Positions 53,301 through 60,357 of a stretch of DNA of 64,000 nucleotides are shown here, in pieces. The notes beneath the pieces were generated by a model. The model was not told the origin of the DNA. It ran no database searches and saw only the letters and a list, made by a program, of their open reading frames with translations. The position numbers and the translations under genes are program-made. Source of the stretch: Harriotta raleighana (taxonomy: Eukaryota); NCBI GenBank assembly GCA_050575255.1, contig JBNZDD010013510.1, positions 421,636 through 485,635 of the forward strand, read 5' to 3'. How positions within the stretch are numbered: the first letter of the stretch is position 1; each line of letters starts with the position of its first letter.

Positions 53301-53413
53301 TAAATCAAAGATAAAAATGTACCTTGTAACTGTTTGAAACGCCCATCCATGATATTGTAAGAGGTCTGATGTGAAGGATTGCAACCTGGGCACATCCCTG
53401 CCATGGCAGACAT
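8177..53413 (-). CDS. sptb: Beta-I (erythrocytic) spectrin gene model: 35 coding exons, 7029 nt / 2342 aa long isoform using the alternative first exon
   Basis: CH1-CH2, spectrin repeats, partial terminal repeat and PH domain in order; phases join without frameshift. SPTB-like segments: [76 protein letters not shown]. Confidence 0.9.
8621..8663 (-). CDS. sptb: PH-domain exon ([14 protein letters not shown])
   Basis: 43 nt, AG/GT flanks, phase fits neighbours. Confidence 0.93.
9486..9659 (-). CDS. sptb: PH-domain exon ([19 protein letters not shown]...[12 protein letters not shown])
   Basis: 174 nt, AG/GT, spectrin PH motif. Confidence 0.95.
9947..10221 (-). CDS. sptb: Linker plus PH start exon (VTTSETL...[22 protein letters not shown])
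   Basis: 275 nt; phase-0 acceptor matches the internal donor at 18972-18973. Confidence 0.9.
12530..12685 (+). mobile_element. 5'-truncated SINE (body plus L2-like tail)
   Basis: Matches the 3' half of the full copies at 45060-45395 and 52594-52900; ends aaatgcaag(tat)n. Confidence 0.75.
14872..15008 (+). mobile_element. 5'-truncated SINE
   Basis: cagtcaattcacttcac...gtgaaaagcgctat...(ATT)n. Confidence 0.75.
17247..17351 (+). mobile_element. SINE 3' tail
   Basis: Family tail ending in (TAT)n. Confidence 0.8.
17398..17701 (-). mobile_element. Near full-length tRNA-derived SINE (N at 17643)
   Basis: Head ctcctgtagctcagttgttaagag; body and tail shared with 45060-45395. Confidence 0.85.
18920..18973 (-). 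CDS. sptb: Read-through tail of short erythroid-type isoform ([17 protein letters not shown])
   Basis: In-frame continuation past the GTCAGT donor to TAG 18920-18922; same layout as the human erythroid tail (VSLWSRLSSSW...). Confidence 0.65.
   Translation of the reverse strand, partial: VSYQSKFCHSSQRFKAL
18974..19052 (-). CDS. sptb: Bifunctional exon, shared part ([26 protein letters not shown])
   Basis: Acceptor ttatcttttag, donor CTG|GTCAGT; 79 nt bridges phase 2 to phase 0 exactly. Confidence 0.88.
19927..20030 (-). CDS. sptb: Exon after the partial last repeat ([14 protein letters not shown]...IQQEK)
   Basis: 104 nt, AG/GTGAGT. Confidence 0.92.
20590..20980 (-). mobile_element. Decayed L2-clade LINE ORF2 3' fragment
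   Basis: Reads [23 protein letters not shown], resembling the L2 motif LxxLHWLPVxxRIxFKIL. Confidence 0.6.
21608..21804 (-). CDS. sptb: Partial last spectrin repeat, tetramerisation site ([11 protein letters not shown]...LERLTT)
   Basis: 197 nt, AG/GTAAGT. Confidence 0.96.
22581..22665 (-). CDS. sptb: Spectrin-repeat exon ([28 protein letters not shown])
   Basis: 85 nt, AG/GTAAGT. Confidence 0.93.
23021..23159 (-). CDS. sptb: Spectrin-repeat exon ([15 protein letters not shown]...HASEE)
   Basis: 139 nt, AG/GT. Confidence 0.96.
23483..23727 (-). CDS. sptb: Spectrin-repeat exon ([17 protein letters not shown]...EEKPR)
   Basis: 245 nt, AG/GT. Confidence 0.96.
24361..24735 (-). CDS. sptb: Repeat 14-15 ankyrin-binding region exon ([14 protein letters not shown]...HALGIQ)
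   Basis: 375 nt, AG/GT. Confidence 0.96.
25480..25684 (-). CDS. sptb: Spectrin-repeat exon ([17 protein letters not shown]...GQDFDQVI)
   Basis: 205 nt, AG/GTGAGT. Confidence 0.96.
25725..25920 (-). mobile_element. Diverged truncated SINE
   Basis: aataataat...ttgatatagcgc...tgtgggtgaaac...gaccaa body. Confidence 0.65.
26475..26605 (-). CDS. sptb: Spectrin-repeat exon ([15 protein letters not shown]...EEHPEG)
   Basis: 131 nt, AG/GTGAGT. Confidence 0.94.
27594..27869 (-). CDS. sptb: Spectrin-repeat exon ([14 protein letters not shown]...VDDKAK)
   Basis: 276 nt, AG/GT. Confidence 0.95.
28173..28262 (-). CDS. sptb: Spectrin-repeat exon ([30 protein letters not shown])
   Basis: 90 nt, AG/GT. 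Confidence 0.95.
28391..28600 (-). CDS. sptb: Spectrin-repeat exon ([16 protein letters not shown]...RDLEDET)
   Basis: 210 nt, AG/GTAAGA. Confidence 0.94.
29288..29551 (-). CDS. sptb: Spectrin-repeat exon ([12 protein letters not shown]...ILLKKLE)
   Basis: 264 nt, AG/GT. Confidence 0.95.
30321..30467 (-). CDS. sptb: Spectrin-repeat exon ([14 protein letters not shown]...KKIDK)
   Basis: 147 nt, AG/GT. Confidence 0.96.
30676..30766 (-). CDS. sptb: Spectrin-repeat exon ([30 protein letters not shown])
   Basis: 91 nt, AG/GT. Confidence 0.94.
30873..31075 (-). CDS. sptb: Spectrin-repeat exon ([10 protein letters not shown]...KSIDER)
   Basis: 203 nt, AG/GT. Confidence 0.95.
31969..32725 (-). 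CDS. sptb: Large spectrin-repeat exon ([12 protein letters not shown]...HILNNQ)
   Basis: 757 nt open frame, AG/GT. Confidence 0.97.
33959..34096 (-). CDS. sptb: Spectrin-repeat exon ([15 protein letters not shown]...ERLNHR)
   Basis: 138 nt, AG/GT. Confidence 0.95.
34380..34463 (+). mobile_element. SINE tail next to an exon donor
   Basis: ttctgtgaagcgctttgagacatc...aaatgcaaggattactattat. Confidence 0.75.
34468..35338 (-). CDS. sptb: Largest exon ([13 protein letters not shown]...LEVVQHR)
   Basis: 871 nt open frame, AG/GT. Confidence 0.97.
35813..35963 (-). CDS. sptb: Spectrin-repeat exon ([22 protein letters not shown]...FTEGE)
   Basis: 151 nt, AG/GT. Confidence 0.95.
36510..36812 (-). CDS. 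sptb: Repeat 2 exon ([13 protein letters not shown]...WMDEMK)
   Basis: 303 nt, AG/GT. Confidence 0.96.
39297..39455 (-). CDS. sptb: Repeat 1-2 exon ([17 protein letters not shown]...RLVSQ)
   Basis: 159 nt, AG/GT. Confidence 0.96.
40238..40355 (-). CDS. sptb: Repeat 1 exon ([24 protein letters not shown]...SDINR)
   Basis: 118 nt, AG/GT. Confidence 0.96.
41877..42064 (-). CDS. sptb: Repeat 1 exon ([12 protein letters not shown]...VEKPSK)
   Basis: 188 nt, AG/GTAAGT. Confidence 0.96.
42233..42345 (-). CDS. sptb: CH2 end exon ([26 protein letters not shown]...RIGK)
   Basis: 113 nt, AG/GT. Confidence 0.96.
42928..43043 (-). CDS. sptb: CH2 exon ([18 protein letters not shown]...LLDPE)
   Basis: 116 nt, AG/GT. 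Confidence 0.96.
43564..43644 (-). CDS. sptb: CH2 exon ([27 protein letters not shown])
   Basis: 81 nt, AG/GT. Confidence 0.96.
43761..43852 (-). CDS. sptb: CH1-CH2 exon (IQDITVET...[10 protein letters not shown])
   Basis: 92 nt, AG/GTAAGT. Confidence 0.96.
45060..45395 (-). mobile_element. Full-length tRNA-derived SINE with L2-like tail
   Basis: A box TGGCTCAGTGG and B box GTTCGAATCC on the minus strand, family body, (ATT)n tail. Confidence 0.9.
46047..46220 (-). CDS. sptb: CH1 exon ([20 protein letters not shown]...IILRFQ)
   Basis: 174 nt, AG/GT. Confidence 0.97.
47371..47522 (-). CDS. sptb: CH1 start exon ((D)[18 protein letters not shown]...LSGEQL)
   Basis: 152 nt; phase-1 acceptor tttttcag|AC GAG CGA. 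Confidence 0.97.
50336..50925 (+). mobile_element. 5'-truncated CR1-clade LINE (ORF2 C-terminus plus 3' UTR)
   Basis: [19 protein letters not shown]...[17 protein letters not shown] then an in-frame stop; ends ggcctactcctgctcctaattcttatgttctgatgttcttat. Confidence 0.92.
51380..51648 (-). mobile_element. tRNA-derived SINE, both ends eroded
   Basis: cagtggttagagcactcac head, GGTTCAATTCC B-box-like motif, family body. Confidence 0.85.
52594..52900 (+). mobile_element. tRNA-derived SINE (B-box region deleted)
   Basis: tgtagctcagtggttagagcactcgcc head, body, (ATT)n tail. Confidence 0.87.
53323..53413 (-). CDS. sptb: Alternative first coding exon ([30 protein letters not shown])
   Basis: Phase-1 donor CAAG|GTACAT joins to DEREAVQKK; the second ATG sits in GCCATGG; resembles the SPTBN1 alternative N-terminus ...YNYNQLEGRFKQLQ. 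Confidence 0.8.
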
Positions 53414-53654
53414 GAGTAGAGAGGTTGAGGCACGAGTGGGCGAGAGCTTTAGCAGGTGGTTCTGCACAGCTGCAATGCCACAAGCACTTTCAGAATCCAC
53501 TGGAAGGTGGAGCCCGCAAGTTGACAGTTAATTTCCCTTTTCCACGTTAGCAGTGCTCCAGCTCTGCCGGAGAGAGTTTCTGAGTAGATAACATGACTCT
53601 CGTCTGACAGTTCAATGCCAAGCCTCGACTCACAACCCTGCTCTCCCTGTCTCG

Positions 53655-53664
53655 CACACACCAC

Positions 53665-53695
<31 letters not shown>
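53655..53695. repeat. (CA)n/(CG)n alternating purine-pyrimidine microsatellite
   Basis: cacacaccacacacacacgcgcgcgcacacacacacacaca. Confidence 0.9.
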
Positions 53696-54135
53696 GAAGA
53701 TTTGCATATGAATTGGCTTCTATTTGAACACGTCCCTATCACAATAATCAGACTGAGTGATGTCACTTTTAATGTGCCCTCAAAGAGGTGTGGGAATAAA
53801 ACAAGAAAGACTCCAACAACAGGAGAGACCAGACCGGATATCACAGTGCAAATATTAGCAGTGTACTCAAAGTCTCCCTGAAGTCTGCCTGACTATAAGC
53901 CGAGTATAACTACAGTACACAGAACTTGGGTTTAGAAGCAGTGATAACATTAATACCTATATGACAGCAAATTAATGAAACATATTTAATAAATACTGGT
54001 TTAATAAATACTACATAACAAAATCGATAATGCTTCAATGACTAATAGATAACATAGATCACACCTCTGTTATATTGCTGGTTTGTGTGGTATCAATGCA
54101 AACTATGTTGTGTAATAGATTATATAAATTGATTC

Positions 54136-54251
54136 ATTTCGCCCACAAATATAGTCAATTCACTTTACAGCATATTCTGTGGAGTGCTTTGAGACGCCTG
54201 GGGGATGTGAAAAGTGCTATATCAAATCCAAGGATTATTATTATTATTATT
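54136..54251 (+). mobile_element. 5'-truncated SINE
   Basis: Family 3' half with (ATT)n tail. Confidence 0.8.
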
Positions 54252-56751
54252 CTACACAGCAGCAGCAAGTTGCGTAATGCCTTCATGTAGAGTGACATCT
54301 CGTAATGCTTTACAGAGATGGTACAGCAAGTAAGGAAGATGATAGTGGGATAGTGGGCTGGAAAGGGACAACCGTGGGAAGCGTTTCTGGAGACAAATAC
54401 GCAGGGGCAAAACAGAGGGATGGGGGCATAATGGCCGAAGGTAGGGCAGAGGTGGGTAGGCAAAAGGCAGGAGTTTTCAGAGCAGAATGGGCGCACAGAA
54501 GAGCGAAGCTGGAGCGACATTTCACAGCACATTATATTCTGTGAAAATGATATGTTCGTGTAAAATGCAGGCCGCACAGCCTCACTTATTTGCGCAACGC
54601 AAGCGCACAAGAATGTACATTTTGCATTCGGCAATATTTACACTGCCATCAAATAGGATTGGCAGCCCTGGGCGAAAATTTCCAATCTCAATTTTTAGGC
54701 AACAACAACTTGCATTTATATGGCGCCCTTCATGGCAGACGGCCTCTCGGGAGCTCTTGTATAACGCCTTTCACATTGTGAGGACGTCCAAAGCGAGGGA
54801 ATTGGACCCGACCTGTGGCTTAGGATAAGGAAGGATGGAGGGCAGGGAGGGTAGGGGTAGAAGCACGAAGGGACCTTACAGCAAACAGAAAGAGCAGCAT
54901 TAGTTCAAGCTGCATTCAAGCACAAACTCAATCATTCACCACCCAGCTTTTCTGCCCTCCATGTTAGCACATTTATTGATGCATTGATTTAAGAACATAA
55001 GAAATAGGAGCAGCAGTAGGCCATTCGGCCTTTCGAGCCTGCCCCGGTTCACAGAGAGATTTTTCTGTGATTTATTCGATTCACAGAAAGATTTTTGTTT
55101 TGTCAGCAGCAGGTGAAACAACAGACGGTAGCAGATAAAGCCTCTTGCCACAGTCATGCAATTAAAACTAGAGTGATACTAGGCTTCAATTCAGTGCATT
55201 TAACAAGGCCACGTGATTCTCTGCATTTGTGATCAGGGATTAAAATTTTAAGAAGCGTCAAAAAGCAGAATGGGAGGACGCAAGGAAGAGGGATTTTACC
55301 AGATGGTCGCTGAGAGTCAGGGGAAGAGAAAACAACTAAATCTAAGGCAGACAAACCATCAGGTGTGGTGACTATTTAAAGGCAGACACAGGAGCCACTC
55401 TGTGTAATCTAGGACATTAGCAGATGATGGCAGACAACGGCAGATGAAGCACAACAAGAGTTTTTCAGCAGTGNCCTGGGGGATGTGAAAAGTGCTATAT
55501 CAAATCCAAGGATTATTATTATTATTATTCTACACAGCAGCAGCAAGTTGCGTAATGCCTTCATGTAGAGTGACATCTCGTAATGCTTTACAGAGATGGT
55601 ACAGCAAGTAAGGAAGATGATAGTGGGATAGTGGGCTGGAAAGGGACAACCGTGGGAAGCGTTTCTGGAGACAAATACGCAGGGGCAAAACAGAGGGATG
55701 GGGGCATAATGGCCGAAGGTAGGGCAGAGGTGGGTAGGCAAAAGGCAGGAGTTTTCAGAGCAGAATGGGCGCACAGAAGAGCGAAGCTGGAGCGACATTT
55801 CACAGCACATTATATTCTGTGAAAATGATATGTTCGTGTAAAATGCAGGCCGCACAGCCTCACTTATTTGCGCAACGCAAGCGCACAAGAATGTACATTT
55901 TGCATTCGGCAATATTTACACTGCCATCAAATAGGATTGGCAGCCCTGGGCGAAAATTTCCAATCTCAATTTTTAGGCAACAACAACTTGCATTTATATG
56001 GCGCCCTTCATGGCAGACGGCCTCTCGGGAGCTCTTGTATAACGCCTTTCACATTGTGAGGACGTCCAAAGCGAGGGAATTGGACCCGACCTGTGGCTTA
56101 GGATAAGGAAGGATGGAGGGCAGGGAGGGTAGGGGTAGAAGCACGAAGGGACCTTACAGCAAACAGAAAGAGCAGCATTAGTTCAAGCTGCATTCAAGCA
56201 CAAACTCAATCATTCACCACCCAGCTTTTCTGCCCTCCATGTTAGCACATTTATTGATGCATTGATTTAAGAACATAAGAAATAGGAGCAGCAGTAGGCC
56301 ATTCGGCCTTTCGAGCCTGCCCCGGTTCACAGAGAGATTTTTCTGTGATTTATTCGATTCACAGAAAGATTTTTGTTTTGTCAGCAGCAGGTGAAACAAC
56401 AGACGGTAGCAGATAAAGCCTCTTGCCACAGTCATGCAATTAAAACTAGAGTGATACTAGGCTTCAATTCAGTGCATTTAACAAGGCCACGTGATTCTCT
56501 GCATTTGTGATCAGGGATTAAAATTTTAAGAAGCGTCAAAAAGCAGAATGGGAGGACGCAAGGAAGAGGGATTTTACCAGATGGTCGCTGAGAGTCAGGG
56601 GAAGAGAAAACAACTAAATCTAAGGCAGACAAACCATCAGGTGTGGTGACTATTTAAAGGCAGACACAGGAGCCACTCTGTGTAATCTAGGACATTAGCA
56701 GATGATGGCAGACAACGGCAGATGAAGCACAACAAGAGTTTTTCAGCAGTG
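54197..56751. repeat. 1277-bp direct duplication around a single N (54197-55473 / 55475-56751)
   Basis: Copies appear identical, ORF track repeats at offset 1278, N at 55474; probable assembly overlap. Confidence 0.9.
54990..55047 (-). mobile_element. CR1 3'-end fragment (second copy 56268-56325)
   Basis: Reverse complement resembles the CR1 tail at 50860-50925. Confidence 0.7.
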
Positions 56752-57289
56752 CTGATGGTCGCACACTGCACAGTTGCTTCCGTCGGTGAAAGGATGCCCA
56801 GAAACATCTCATCAGCATCGCTGTCGCTGTCTATTTCCTCCATGGGCTTGGATTGTAAATCTTTTGTTGGCAAATGCTCAGCATTGTCCGGACTGGGTGA
56901 CAATTCACTGCATTTGTTTGCCATTTCCACCTCGTTGTGCAGTTTTATGTCCTGGATTCCTGAAGATTTGCTGCGAACACCCATGGAGCGTTTTGACAAA
57001 CAGCATCAAGAGTTTTGTTTGATGTCGTCTGCTCTTTTATCATTACCTTCAGGCTTGTAAGCCAAGACGGCAAAAACACAAGGAACGGGTCAAAAATTTG
57101 GTGAAAGCTTTTCATATTTTAATAACAGCAACGTTTGAATGCCTGGAGTAGCTAAGACATTTCCTTTTTTTAAATACTGTACAATGATGCCACATGCGAG
57201 CTGAACTTCAAAGCTTCCACAACGTAATTAAAGGCTTTTGACAAGAGTTGAAATATTGTGTGAAAGTACTTGGCAAGCAAACCAACCAA

Positions 57290-57700
57290 CCAACAACCAA
57301 TGTACTATTTACACAGAGTAGCATCCCAAAGTGCTTCACTGTGCTGGTGTGAGGCAATGAGCCAGGGGTAGAGGGAGAGGGAGGGTAACTAAAAGCATGA
57401 TATATAAATGAAAGTCTCTGGATGGGCTTCCAAGGCGGGGAAGGATGGGGCAATGCAGAGGGATTGAGGGAGAGAGAGTTCGAGAGTTTTACGGCGAATA
57501 GAGAGGGGTGCGTTGGAGGAAGTTCCAAAGTTACTGAAGACTCAGCCAATGAAGGTAGGCATTTGGATGCGAAATTCAGGCATGCATTTGCTGAAGGGGA
57601 GCAAGCAGACAAATGGGGTGAGAAGAAAATCACAGCGTTCACAGGGAGGAGGAGGCAAGGGTACAAAGTAAATTTGAATTGAGGACGAGAACCTTTGAAA
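57290..57700 (-). mobile_element. Decayed L2-like LINE 3' end
   Basis: Pyrimidine-rich coding-like remnant ending in gtgaagcactttgggatgct, an L2-type tail. Confidence 0.5.
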
Positions 57701-58320
57701 TGGGATTCAGAGTTGAAAGAATTTCCCATTGTTAATGCAGACCAACTGAGGACATAGCTCAGTGGCTCATTTGCACCAGAAATTTAACATCAGAAAAAAG
57801 AAAATCACATTCGACGTGAAATTTAATCAGAAGCAGCTCTGATGTTTACAGAAATCTGCGTGAGGAGTCAAATTCTAGAACACAATATTCATCGAAGCAT
57901 CCAGCAGAATATTCTCTTAAAAATTCCGTGGAAACTGACAAGATCAGTTCGCAATTTGAAATCAAAGTTTTACGGATTCCCTGTTGCCATTAGCCACATT
58001 CCCAGAGCAGTTATTAATGTTCCATCACATTTACAGTCAAGCTGGTGATAAATCTAGGGCAGCTTTGGAAGTCAAACAGCTCAGTCCTTCAAAGCTTCAA
58101 CATCATAGAGCAGCAAACAGATGCACTTGCTCTCATCCTCATTTCAAATAATAATTACCATAATTCCACGTGAATATTCAAAACGGAAACGCAACAACAA
58201 AGCCAGGGAAAAAAAACATATAGAAATTAAAGTCATCAATTATTAACAGATTGCTTCATTTTTGCACAATGGAATTTCAAATCTGCTACTGGAAATAAAG
58301 AGAATCCTAGTAAAAAAAAA

Positions 58321-58430
58321 TCCTTGCATTTGATTTAGCGGCTTATCAGATCATTTAGACGTCTCAAATCGCTTCACAGAATATATTGTAAAGTGAATTG
58401 ACTCTATATTTTGTGGGTGAACGTGGTAAC
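58321..58430 (-). mobile_element. Truncated SINE
   Basis: tccttgcatttg...cttcacagaatatattgtaaagtgaattgac. Confidence 0.75.
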
Positions 58431-59211
58431 AAGGTGAAAAAAGCAGAAATTCATCCTCAGTTGTTCCAACACAATTACGAGAGGAAAAGAACACCCAGAA
58501 TGACAAAGAATGATTTATTTAAGCTCTTTGATGCAATCTGATTTCAACTTGGATGTGCTGCGCCCACGGAGAGGCCACTTTCTGTAGACAAGGCCACACA
58601 AACACAGGGAGAAATATTTGTTTGCCTCACTCTTCTGGAAGGAAGCGATGAGTAAGCATAACCCTTCAAAACAAAGGGAATCGGCTCAGTCGAAATCAAG
58701 CCACAAAATTAAAGTCCGTTCTCTTGCAAGGGGTGAGTGAGAGAAGTGAAGCGGATAGTTTTTGCCAAGTGAACAGGACTTTGAGCTCAGCGGCAGAGTT
58801 GCAAAGGAGTGCTCTCGCTATGGCAACCCAACCGAGAGACTGAGGCCAATTTGGGAGAAACATGGGAGTAATTAAGTGAGAAAGAATCGAGGGTTACACA
58901 CACCCCTTGTGTAACTAGAGCAGGACGCACACAACAGCAAACATTTGCTTTTAATAGCACATCCATTGGTAACAAAGCTGCACAGAGCTTTTATTGATTC
59001 AATCTCAAATTCATGTGCACTACTACAGTATATACTCCTTCGAATTCCACTATCAAGAAATGCTCGTTTTGCTTCAGCTGAAAAGACACCAACACAGAAC
59101 TGCTGATGGTTAAATACATTGCTTGAAATACACAGCATGCAAATCCTCTAGCCCAAGTCACCTAAACTGTTCCAAAATGGTTGTGGCTCCTTCAGGTCAC
59201 TGAATAGCATC

Positions 59212-59390
59212 AATCAAAATCAAAATCAAAATTTTATTTATAAAGCGCCTTTCACGTCGGGAGGACGTCCCAAAGCGCTGTACAGCCAAATAGGGGGGGA
59301 GGGTTCAGGGAAAGGAGTAGGAAAAATTGACTGTATATTTGTGGGAGAAACGCGGCAGCAAATTGCGCACAGCAGTGTCCCACAAACACA
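59212..59390 (-). mobile_element. SINE subfamily 3' half with (ATTTTG)n-like tail
   Basis: Shares the body with the main family but has a different tail; inverted partner at 60192-60357. Confidence 0.75.
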
Positions 59391-59399
59391 CACAGAAAT

Positions 59400-59652
59400 G
59401 GGGGGAAAAAATGGCAAGGGGGAGAAATGGAGGGAAAAGCGGGGTGGGGTAAAATCAGGGAAGAAAAGGGGGGGGGGAGAAAGGGGGACAAGGGGGAAAT
59501 CAGGGAGGGCAAAGAGGGAGAAATGTTGGCAAGTGGGAAGAGGGAGGGAAGGATGGGTAGGAGGCAAAACCAGAAAGAAAGGGGGGTAAGGGGGAAGAGG
59601 GAGGAAAGGGAGAGAGGGAAGGAGAAGAACAAAAAGGGGGAAAATCAGGGGG
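59400..59652. repeat. Polypurine G/A-rich low-complexity tract
   Basis: Many G3-G10 runs separated by A-rich spacers. Confidence 0.85.
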
Positions 59653-60191
59653 CATCCTTTGTAACATTAGATCCGGTGACCGGCGACCACAACTGCTATC
59701 ATGCAATTGGCTTGAATTCAAATCTGCGACGAAAACAAAACCCAGACTCCACCTACCAGATTGAACACTTCAATATCCATCATTGGACAGTCCAATATCT
59801 AGCTTGCGCAGTGTGGGATTTTGTTAATGTTTAATCGGACTCTGACATGCTATTTTTTGCAAAGTTCCAATTGGCTGGAATCTCTCCAATATAAAAGGTC
59901 ACGCGTCGGATTCAGATGGAGATTTAGTGTGGAGGAAAGCCATACAATAGCAATCTTTGGTCCAACTAGTTTTTGTCCCGATCCATTTTCTTTAAATTTA
60001 ACACAACCTGGCGACTTGAAATTGGTACCACACCAATTCTATGCTAATGCAAGTGCAGCAGATTGCCAACAGCAACAATCAACAGGAAAGATATTACACT
60101 CTAATTTGTTGTCTTAAATTGTTCCTCCAACTTAACAGAATTGTTCTAAATTGTCATTATCACATACAAATCCAATCTCACACTCTCCTCT

Positions 60192-60357
60192 TTCACCCAC
60201 AAATATACAGTCAATTTTTTCCTACTTTCCTTCCCCCGACACCCCCCCACCACCCCCCCCACCCCCGCGCTCTGATCCCTATTTGACTGTACAGCGCCTT
60301 GGGACGTCCTCCCGACGTGAAAGGCGTTATATAAATGTAATATTGATTGATTGATTG
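60192..60357 (+). mobile_element. SINE subfamily 3' half with (TTGA)n tail
   Basis: gggacgtcctcccgacgtgaaaggcgttatataaatg tail. Confidence 0.75.

Noticed and set aside
54197-56751. 1.28-kb tandem duplication as a real segmental duplication with duplicated ORFs
   Set aside because: Copies look identical and abut a single N, like the other gap-flanking duplicates; most likely an assembly overlap, and the ORFs are repeat-derived.
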